A stretch of DNA of 56,687 nt from Thermoplasmata archaeon (GTDB taxonomy: Archaea > Thermoplasmatota > E2 > JACPAO01 > JAHFTW01), in the NCBI GenBank assembly GCA_034667725.1, contig JAXDQS010000011.1, positions 1-56,687 on the forward strand, read 5' to 3'. Position 1 is the stretch's first letter, and each line of letters begins with the position of its first letter. This document shows, one piece after another, positions 9,587 to 17,063 of the stretch. The notes under the pieces were generated by a model that did no database searches, was not told the origin of the DNA, and saw nothing but the letters and a program-made list of their open reading frames with translations. A program made the position numbers and the translations under genes.

Positions 9587-10368
9587 CAGGGCAGGTCCTC
9601 GAGGCGGCCGTCGCGCAGCGTGGGCCGGAACTCGCGGGCGGGGGCCAGGTCGTCCAGGTCCATGTCCACGACGATGCGCCCCGGCTCCATGCCAGGCGTG
9701 CGGCCCATCAGGGTCCCGCGGGGGCTGTGCGCCTGGGCGCCGCCCCAGAACACCAAGGCGTCCTGCGGGCCGGCGACGTTGCTGTAGCCGACGAAGCAGG
9801 CGTTCTCGATGGCGCGGGCGGCCAGCAGGGCCTCGAAGAAGCGCTGGCTGGTGCTTGGGCTGGCGCTGATGTTCAGCAGGATGTCGGCCCCCGCGAGGGT
9901 CTGCGCGCGCGAGAACTCGGGGAAGAACAGGTCGTAGCAGATGCCGATGCCCACCTTGCCGACGGGCGTGTCCCAGACCGGGCTGCCGCGTCCAGGCCGG
10001 AAGAACAGCCCCTCCTGGAACGTGGTGAAGGTCGCCAGCGCCCGCTTGTCGTAGGCCGCCTCGACGCCGTCGGGGCCCACCAGGAACGCGCTGTTGGCCG
10101 TGACGCCCGCCCGCAGCTTGCGCGGCCCGCCGACGATGGCGTGCGCCTTCGCCTTCTTGCAAGCCTTCGCGAGTGGCGCCCAGCGCTCGTCGTCGTCCGT
10201 GAGCGCCAGCCGCTGGACGTCGTCGCCGATGGCGTAGCCCGACGCGAACATCTCGGGGAACACCACCAGTTCGGCCTCCTTGGCGGCCACCGCGTTGGCG
10301 ACGGCCCCAAGGTTCGCGGCCACGTCGCCGAGCCGCGGCGTCGCGGCGTGCAGGGCGATGCGGGCCAC
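9586..10368 (-). CDS. carbon-nitrogen hydrolase (nitrilase superfamily), likely glutaminase partner of NadE
   Basis: VVFPEM, YDK, GICYDLFFPE catalytic E-K-C triad; NISASP; RAIEN. Confidence 0.88.
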   Translation of the reverse strand: MARIALHAATPRLGDVAANLGAVANAVAAKEAELVVFPEMFASGYAIGDDVQRLALTDDDERWAPLAKACKKAKAHAIVGGPRKLRAGVTANSAFLVGPDGVEAAYDKRALATFTTFQEGLFFRPGRGSPVWDTPVGKVGIGICYDLFFPEFSRAQTLAGADILLNISASPSTSQRFFEALLAARAIENACFVGYSNVAGPQDALVFWGGAQAHSPRGTLMGRTPGMEPGRIVVDMDLDDLAPAREFRPTLRDGRLEDLP

Positions 10369-10404
10369 GCTCGCCTTCAAGTGGCAGGCATACTTGGGCG
10401 CTTC

Positions 10405-11232
10405 GTGGCCTTCGGCCTGCCTGCGGAGCCCGAAGTGTGGGAGGCGACCATCCAGGCGTTCCTGCGGCGCCACGTCGAGGCCGCGCACGCCGCCGGCGTC
10501 GTGGTCGGAGTGTCCGGCGGCCTCGACTCGGCCGTGGTCGCAGCACTCGCGGCCCGTGCGCTCGGGCCCGGCAAGGTCCACGCCGTCATGCTGCCGGCGC
10601 CCGACTCCAACCCGCAGGACGCCGAGCACGCCATCCTCGGCTGCAAGCCCTACGGCCTGGCGCCGGCGCGCATCGAGATCGGCCCGGCGCTCGCAGGCCT
10701 CCGGGAAGCGCTCGGCCACCAGCCGGAGCCGCGCACCTGGGGCAACGCCAAGTCGCGCACCCGGATGCTGTCGCTCTACGCCATCGCCCAGGAGCGCGGC
10801 GCCTTGGTGTGCGGCACGGGCAACAAGTCGGAGCTGCTCACCGGCTACTTCACCAAGTGGGGCGACGGCGCCGCCGACATGATGCCCATCGGCGACCTCT
10901 ACAAGACCCAAGTCCGCGACCTGGGCCGCCACCTGGGAATCCCGGCGCCCATCCTGGACAAGCCGCCGAGCGCCGGGTTGCATCCGGGCCAGACCGACGA
11001 GGGCGACATGGGGCTGCGCTACGAGGAGCTGGACGCCGTGCTGCGCGGCATGGAGCTCAACCTGGACCTGCCCACCATCGCGCGCAAGACGGGAGTGGCC
11101 CTGGAGAAGGTGCAGAAGGTGGACGGCATGGTGCGCAAGACCGAGCACAAGCGCCGGCTGCCGCTCGTCCCGAAGCTGGGCGCGCGGACGGTCGGCATCG
11201 ACTGGCGGCGGTCGGTCCACTGGGACGCTTGA
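10405..11232 (+). CDS. nadE: NAD+ synthetase (NH3-dependent domain)
   Basis: GVSGGLDS, GNAKSRTRM, GTGNKSE..GYFTKWGDG, DLYKTQV, PSAGL..GQTDE. Confidence 0.95.
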   Translation: MAFGLPAEPEVWEATIQAFLRRHVEAAHAAGVVVGVSGGLDSAVVAALAARALGPGKVHAVMLPAPDSNPQDAEHAILGCKPYGLAPARIEIGPALAGLREALGHQPEPRTWGNAKSRTRMLSLYAIAQERGALVCGTGNKSELLTGYFTKWGDGAADMMPIGDLYKTQVRDLGRHLGIPAPILDKPPSAGLHPGQTDEGDMGLRYEELDAVLRGMELNLDLPTIARKTGVALEKVQKVDGMVRKTEHKRRLPLVPKLGARTVGIDWRRSVHWDA

Positions 11233-11249
11233 CGCGCCCAGGGACCAAC

Positions 11250-11301
11250 CACGGATCACACGGATTTCACGGACCTTTGGTCTCCGTGAAATCCGTGTTT
11301 T
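11250..11301. terminator. 16-bp inverted repeat built from CACGGAT units between convergent genes
   Basis: ACACGGATTTCACGGA (11258-11273) / TCCGTGAAATCCGTGT (11283-11298), followed by TTT. Confidence 0.7.
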
Positions 11302-11305
11302 GAGG

Positions 11306-13498
11306 TCAAGCCAGCGGCTTGCCGAACTGCCCCGCCAGGCGCGAGCCTGCGGGCCAGCCGGCGGAGGTGGCCTTGTCCTCGATGCCGGGCCGGATGGCGC
11401 CTGTCGGGCAGGCGTCGAAGCAGGCGCCGTCGGCGATGCACAGGTCGCGGTCGACGCGGGCCGTGTCGGTCACGATGGCGGCGTTGGTCGGGCAGGCGGC
11501 CTCGCAGCCGTTGCACACGATGCAGTCGGCGGCCAGCACCCAGGCTTTCTTGGGCTCGGGCGTCGCGGCGGCCTGCTTCTTGACCTCCTCGACGTTGACG
11601 GTCTTGCTTGCGACCTTGGCGACGTCGTGGCTGTGGTCCACCTTGGCCTCGACCTTGACCTCGACGGCCTTGACGTTGAGCTCGACGCCCTCGGTGGCGA
11701 CTTGGCGGCGGAACGCGTCCAGCACTTTCTGGACCTGGGCGTAGTCGGGCGCGGCCTTGGCCTCCTCCACGGAGGGGTCGGCGACATCGAGCGCGGGCTT
11801 GAGGCTCCACGGGTCGACGATCTTGCCCTCGACGTAGAGGCGGGCCAGCACCATCTTGCCGCGCACCGTCTGCGTCATCGGCAGGCTGCCCGGGTTGGGG
11901 ATGGCCTGGAGCGACGGCAGGTCCGCGCCCCAGATGTCCTCCGACAAGAGCGCGAGGTCGGCGCCGCCGCGGCTGGCGTCGGCGGCGTAGTCGGCGGCCT
12001 TGACGCCGAGCGACTTGTGGCGGCGGTAGGGCTGGCTGGGGCCGACGAGCTTGAGCATCGGGTTGCCGGCGGCCAGCTGGAAGCCGAGGCTCGGGGCGGG
12101 CGTCGGCTGCGTGACCTTCATCTTGTAGACGAACTCGGGGATGGGCGCCGGCAGCGGGAACACCATGCCGGGGTTCATGATGTTCCGGTAGTCGGCGGCC
12201 TTCTTGTAGCGGCGGAGGCGGTGGTAGCGCGCCGCGCCGAGGGCGTGCTTTGCCTCCCATTGCAGCCAGACGCCAGGGTGGTAGACCGAGCCGCCGAGGT
12301 GCTTGGCCTGGGTCACGATGTGCGCCGAGGTGTACCACGCCAGCGGGTAGTTGGGGCGGCGCTCGTCGTCCAGCGTGTAGATGAAGAAGTAGACGCGGCC
12401 GTCGTCGGTGAGGTGCCCTTCGACCGACAGCTCGGCCACCTTGCACTTGTCGCCGAGGCGGCGCAGGTAGTCCGCCATCCGGGACAGCGGCACGAAGGTC
12501 TCGCCGGCCACCAGGCTGGGGCCGAGCTTCTTGGCGCGGATCGGGTAGAACCGGGCGGCCCACTCGTCGGCCGCGACCTTGTCGTCCGCGATCTCGCCGC
12601 CGTGCCGGGCCGCCATGCGCTCGAAGTCGGCCTTGGCGCCCGCCCAGTCGGCCTCGCGGAACACCACGATGGCGACCTGCTTGTTGGCGAACGGGTTCTT
12701 GCGGACGCCCATCGCCTCCGAGCGGAGCGCGTAGAAGTCCGCGTTGTGGAGCATGATGTGCTTGGGCTTCCAGCGCGTCCGGGTCTCCTCCAACAGGGCC
12801 TGCAGCGCGCGGATGTCCTTGACCGCCACCAGGACGGGCTTGTCGGGGCTGGCCTCGATGACCTTGAGCTGGATGCCCGTGATGACGCCGGTGCTGCCGC
12901 CCAGGCCGGTGAAGAACTCGACCTGGTCGTGGTCGCGCACCGCGAACCGGGTGCCGTCCGGGTTGACGCCGGTGAGCTCGATGACATGCCGGCCGATGCT
13001 GCCGCTGCGGGTCGAGTGGATGCCATGCCCGTCCATCGCGACGAAGCCGCCGATGGTGGCCGCCAGCGCCGAGGTCGGGTAGCAGGGCAGCTCCAGGCCC
13101 ACGTCGTTGAGGCGCTTCTGGAGGTCCCAGATCACGACACCCGCGTCGACGCTCACGGTCATCGCCTTCTCGTCGATCGTGACGTTCTTGTTGAGCGGCG
13201 TCAGGTCGAGCACGATGCCGGCGCGCTTCGGGACGGCGCCGCCGAGAGCACTCGTGGCCGCCGCGCGCGGGGTCAGCGGGATGCGGCGGAAGTTCGCGAA
13301 CTGGACGACGGTCTCGACGTCCTCGATGCTGTGGCAGCGCACGACGGCGTCCGCCTTGCGCTTGACCAGGAGGTTGACGATGGCCGGCGGCGCGCCGATG
13401 TCCGTCGAGTACACCAGCCGGTCGGCCTCGGACGTAAGGACGTTGTCGCGTCCGACGCGGGCCGCCAGCTGCTCCAGGTCGCGGGCCTTGATGGCCAT
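11306..13498 (-). CDS. FAD-linked oxidoreductase (GlcD/D-lactate dehydrogenase-like) with C-terminal 2x[4Fe-4S] ferredoxin
   Basis: TPRAAATSALGGAVP, ATIGGFVA, STGVIT, IMNPG; CIVCNGCEAACP and CIADGACFDACP. Confidence 0.85.
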   Translation of the reverse strand: MAIKARDLEQLAARVGRDNVLTSEADRLVYSTDIGAPPAIVNLLVKRKADAVVRCHSIEDVETVVQFANFRRIPLTPRAAATSALGGAVPKRAGIVLDLTPLNKNVTIDEKAMTVSVDAGVVIWDLQKRLNDVGLELPCYPTSALAATIGGFVAMDGHGIHSTRSGSIGRHVIELTGVNPDGTRFAVRDHDQVEFFTGLGGSTGVITGIQLKVIEASPDKPVLVAVKDIRALQALLEETRTRWKPKHIMLHNADFYALRSEAMGVRKNPFANKQVAIVVFREADWAGAKADFERMAARHGGEIADDKVAADEWAARFYPIRAKKLGPSLVAGETFVPLSRMADYLRRLGDKCKVAELSVEGHLTDDGRVYFFIYTLDDERRPNYPLAWYTSAHIVTQAKHLGGSVYHPGVWLQWEAKHALGAARYHRLRRYKKAADYRNIMNPGMVFPLPAPIPEFVYKMKVTQPTPAPSLGFQLAAGNPMLKLVGPSQPYRRHKSLGVKAADYAADASRGGADLALLSEDIWGADLPSLQAIPNPGSLPMTQTVRGKMVLARLYVEGKIVDPWSLKPALDVADPSVEEAKAAPDYAQVQKVLDAFRRQVATEGVELNVKAVEVKVEAKVDHSHDVAKVASKTVNVEEVKKQAAATPEPKKAWVLAADCIVCNGCEAACPTNAAIVTDTARVDRDLCIADGACFDACPTGAIRPGIEDKATSAGWPAGSRLAGQFGKPLA

Positions 13499-13530
13499 GA
13501 GGCGGCCGACAGGAGGGCGGCTCTTAAGGC

Positions 13531-14652
13531 CTACCCGAACAGCCCACGCTTCTTCCTGGGCGACGCTGGCGCGGCGCCGTCGAGCTCCTTGCCCAGCTCC
13601 TGCAAGAGCTCGCGCGCCCGGGCCGACAGCTTGGTCGGGACCTGGATGCGCAGCTCGACGTGCAGGTCGCCGCGCCCGGAGCCGCGCAAGAACGGCATGC
13701 CGCGGCCGCGCAGCCGGAGCACCTTGCCGGCCTCGCTGCCGGCGGGGACGTCCAGCGTGGCCTTGCCGTCGAGGGTCTCGAGCTCGACCTGGGTGCCGAG
13801 GACGGCCTGGGGAATCGAGATCTGCTGCTCCGTGTGCAGGTCGGCGCCGTCGCGCTCGAACCGCCTGTGGGGCTGGACCTGGATCTGGACGTAGAGGTCG
13901 CCGGGCGGGCCGCCGCGGTGGCCGACCTCGCCCTGCCCCGCGACGCGGAGGCTCTGGCCGGTCTCGATGCCGGCGGGGACCGCGACCGTGACCTTGCGGC
14001 GGTGGCGCTCGTGGCCGGAGCCGCGGCAGGCACGGCAGGGCGACTCGATGCGCTTGCCCTCGCCGCGGCAGTCCGGGCAGGTCGAGACCTGGCTCATGGT
14101 GCCGAACGGGGTGCGGACCAGGCGCTGGACCTGGCCTTGGCCGCGGCAGGTCGGGCAGGTGTCCACCTTGCTGCCGGGCTCGGCGCCCGTGCCTTTGCAG
14201 GCGGCGCAGCTTTCGAGGCGGGCGTACTCGATGGCGGCATCGACGCCGCTGAACGCCTGCTCCAGCGTGATGGCGTGGGCGACCTGGAGGTCGCGTCCGC
14301 GGCTGGGGCCGGAGGCGCGGCCGCCGAACCCGAACATCTGGTTCAGGATCGACTCGAAGCCCATGCCGCCGAACAGGTCGCTGAAGTCGATGTTGCGGTA
14401 CAGGTCGTCGCTGGAGTATTGCTGGTCGATGCCGGCGTGGCCGAGCTGGTCGTAGCGGGCCTTCTTCTCCGGGTCGGACAAGACGGCGTAGGCCTCCGAG
14501 AGCTCCTTGAACTTCTCCTCGGCGCCCGCCTCCTTGTTGCGGTCGGGATGGAGCTGGATGGCCAGCTTGCGGTAGGCCTTCTTGATGGCGTCGGGGGCGG
14601 CGTCCCGGCCGAGGCCGAGCACCTCGTAGTAGTCGCGCTTGCCCGAGGCCAC
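13531..14652 (-). CDS. dnaJ: chaperone DnaJ
   Basis: RDYYEVLG, HPD motif, four CxxCxGxG repeats, C-terminal substrate domain. Confidence 0.97.
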   Translation of the reverse strand: MASGKRDYYEVLGLGRDAAPDAIKKAYRKLAIQLHPDRNKEAGAEEKFKELSEAYAVLSDPEKKARYDQLGHAGIDQQYSSDDLYRNIDFSDLFGGMGFESILNQMFGFGGRASGPSRGRDLQVAHAITLEQAFSGVDAAIEYARLESCAACKGTGAEPGSKVDTCPTCRGQGQVQRLVRTPFGTMSQVSTCPDCRGEGKRIESPCRACRGSGHERHRRKVTVAVPAGIETGQSLRVAGQGEVGHRGGPPGDLYVQIQVQPHRRFERDGADLHTEQQISIPQAVLGTQVELETLDGKATLDVPAGSEAGKVLRLRGRGMPFLRGSGRGDLHVELRIQVPTKLSARARELLQELGKELDGAAPASPRKKRGLFG

Positions 14653-14691
14653 GGGTGGGGCACAAAAGCCCGCGACAAAAGGCGTGCGGGC

Positions 14692-15168
14692 CTAGACCAG
14701 GGCGATGAACAGGCCTGCCGCCAGCAGCGCGACGAGGTAGTAGCCGGCGTTCACGAAGAACAGGCTCCACGGCTTGCGCTCGAAGGCGATGGCGTTGAGC
14801 TGGACCGGCACGATGAACCCGAGCCAGGTGAAGAAGCCGCCTATGAGGCCGTCCATCACGGTGAGTTGGTAGCGTGCCTTGCCACCGGTGGCCAGGTTGC
14901 TGAAGGCGTCCTGGTACACCGCGTTGGTGTGGGTGAACACGAACATCATGAGGGCGACGCCGACCAGCATCAGCCCCATGCTCATCGCCATGGCGGCGCC
15001 GGCCGGCTTGGGCATGTTGTCGGGGTCCATGCCCTGGTGGCGCATCCAGATGCGTCCCGTCGGCGAGAACTTCGCGTACCACACGAAGCCCAGGACGATG
15101 TTGAACAGGATGGCAAGCCCGAAAGCGAGCCAGTTGAAGTTGTCGAAGCTCATGGCGCCGGGATCCAT
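14692..15168 (-). CDS. DUF1761-like membrane protein
   Basis: NWLA...LGFVWY...GRIW; WLGFIVP...FERKPWSLFFVNAGY; 4 TM helices. Confidence 0.8.
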   Translation of the reverse strand: MDPGAMSFDNFNWLAFGLAILFNIVLGFVWYAKFSPTGRIWMRHQGMDPDNMPKPAGAAMAMSMGLMLVGVALMMFVFTHTNAVYQDAFSNLATGGKARYQLTVMDGLIGGFFTWLGFIVPVQLNAIAFERKPWSLFFVNAGYYLVALLAAGLFIALV

Positions 15169-15264
15169 GGGGTTGCACCGCCCGCTTTGGGGCGTGCATG
15201 ATTCCCTGGCCTGCTATTCAAGGGAGCCGAATTGCTTTTGGCAAGCGGCCCTAGTGGGGGCGGC

Positions 15265-16410
15265 ATGGTCGGCCGTTGCCTCGCCTTGCTTGCTGTTGCC
15301 GTCGCGTTCCTGCCGCTTGCCCTCCCGGCCAGCGCCCAGTCGGCGAACCCGCCCCACCTGGACACCCAGAACAACATCCTGTACGGCCACTGGGACGGCG
15401 GCGACCTGACCTACATGAACACGCTCGCGGTCGACAGCGACGACGCCAACTACGGCTCCGGCACCGTCGTCGGCGGCATCCCCACCGTCGTCACCGAGAT
15501 GACCTGGGACTTCGTGCTGACCCCCGCGCTGGCCGCCAACGTCAAGCTGGACACCTCGAAGGACGCGACCGCCACCATGTACATCGGCGGCAACGCGGCG
15601 GCCGGCCAGATGAGCATCGAGACCTCGCTGGTCTCCGACACCACCGTCGTGTGGACCGGCACCTCCGACGACTTCGAGATGACGCCGGGCACGGCCACGG
15701 ACTACACCACCGTGGTCGTGAGCGCCAAGCCCTCGGCCGACACCCTCCCCGTCGGCAAGCCGCTGCACTGGATCATCACCGCCAGCGGCGCCTCGACGGC
15801 AAGCTTCCTCGGCATGAGCGAAGGCCGCGGCCGCACCAACCTCGAGCTGCCCGTCACCAGCGCCGCCCCCGACCAGGTCGCCTCCGCCGACATCAAGTAC
15901 GGCACCTTGCCCGCCGGCCCCGTCAACCTCGACCTGTCCATCCTCAACAAGACCACGGCGACCTACCACTACAACTGGACCGCGCCCGCCGGCGAGCAGT
16001 CGATCAAGGTCGGCGCCACCGTCAAGGGCGGCTCCGTCCAGGTCCTCGTCACCGACAACGCCAACAAGACCCAGTTCGACCAGACCCTGACGGCCTCCGG
16101 CAACAAGACCGCCCAGACCAAGGGCGCCGCCAGCGGCCTGTGGCGCATCACCCTCCGCCTCGTCGACTACGAGGGCGGCCTCGACCTCGCCATCGACCCC
16201 GTCAGCAAGGCCGGCGGCACCACGGGGCCGTTCGGCGGCACCAGCGGCACCGGCGGCTCGACGGCCGTGGTCGGCGGCACCGGCGGCACGGGCGGCGCGG
16301 CCCCCGGCTCGACCGAGCAGCAAGGCACCAGCAACAACGCGCCCCACCTCGGGGTGGCGGCGCTGGCGTTGGGCCTTGCGCTCGCCGCGGCCCGCCGGCG
16401 GATTCACTGA
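15265..16410 (+). CDS. secreted/cell-surface protein with C-terminal sorting signal
   Basis: Signal peptide, Thr-rich beta body, G/T linker, APHLG + TM helix + RRR tail. Confidence 0.8.
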   Translation: MVGRCLALLAVAVAFLPLALPASAQSANPPHLDTQNNILYGHWDGGDLTYMNTLAVDSDDANYGSGTVVGGIPTVVTEMTWDFVLTPALAANVKLDTSKDATATMYIGGNAAAGQMSIETSLVSDTTVVWTGTSDDFEMTPGTATDYTTVVVSAKPSADTLPVGKPLHWIITASGASTASFLGMSEGRGRTNLELPVTSAAPDQVASADIKYGTLPAGPVNLDLSILNKTTATYHYNWTAPAGEQSIKVGATVKGGSVQVLVTDNANKTQFDQTLTASGNKTAQTKGAASGLWRITLRLVDYEGGLDLAIDPVSKAGGTTGPFGGTSGTGGSTAVVGGTGGTGGAAPGSTEQQGTSNNAPHLGVAALALGLALAAARRRIH

Positions 16411-16459
16411 CCCCCACCGGACCTGCTAAGTCCCCCTGGGACCAATCTATGGTTGTCCT

Positions 16460-17010
16460 GGGACGAGGTCCCGGGGCTTCCGTCTTCGGACGGCGACATG
16501 TGCAGGAAGGGCATGCATCGACCGCCCTTCAGGGTCTCCAACGTAAAGCGGGAGAGCCTCAACCTGGAATCCAGGCGCAAGCCGGGAACATGGGTTGGAT
16601 GGACTTGTCGTCCCTGCCTGCGGGCGGGGAAACCTGTCACCCGGGCCACGGTCCGGTGACTGTCCCGTGGGTGCGAAACCAGCGGGACACCCGGCTTCGG
16701 CCGGGATTCCTGTCACCAAGCCACCACGGCTTGCGTGGCGACCTGAGGGCGTTGAGCCCAAAGGCCTGTCCAGAAACGGGTGCAAGCCCGAGGATGGACA
16801 ATCATGCGCAAGCATGATTTCCTCGTAGCAATGCGAGGATTCCCGGTCACGGGCTTCGGCCCATGACGATGCCAGGCAGCAATGCTTGGCGCTGTGTCCA
16901 AAGAACGGGCTTCGGCCCAGGATTTGGACTGCCGCGTGGACGCAAGAAAGCGCGGCATCCCTGGCGCAAGCCGGGGTATCCCTATCCAACCGGGGGCTGC
17001 GCCCCGCTCA
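16460..17010 (+). ncRNA. large highly structured ncRNA of unknown class (ends approximate)
   Basis: About 18 hairpins; four C(UUCG)G loops and six GCAA loops; G-U wobbles consistent with the + strand; 10-bp long-range helix 16593-16602/16982-16991; no credible ORF. Confidence 0.85.
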
Positions 17011-17018
17011 ACACTCCA

Positions 17019-17047
17019 ACCAAAAAGGGAGAGAGAAAGGAAGAGGA
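17019..17047 (-). terminator. pyrimidine/U-rich archaeal terminator of dnaG
   Basis: Minus strand reads CCTCTTCCTTTCTCTCTCCCTTTTTGG just after the dnaG stop. Confidence 0.6.
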
Positions 17048-17063
17048 CTGAACGCGGGACTGC

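Noticed and set aside
11306-15199. Apparent giant fusions in the ORF track (1297 aa; also 5791..7977, 8882..10546, 22651..25515, 45525..48200)
   Set aside because: The N-terminal extensions overlap other real genes; true starts are internal
16460-17010. RNase P, SRP RNA, 5S rRNA, intron or CRISPR array as the identity of the structured region
   Set aside because: By eye there is no GAGGAAAGUCC-type P4, no SRP helix-8 motif, no 5S CCGAAC, no interrupted host gene and no identical repeats with spacers; an Rfam scan is still needed
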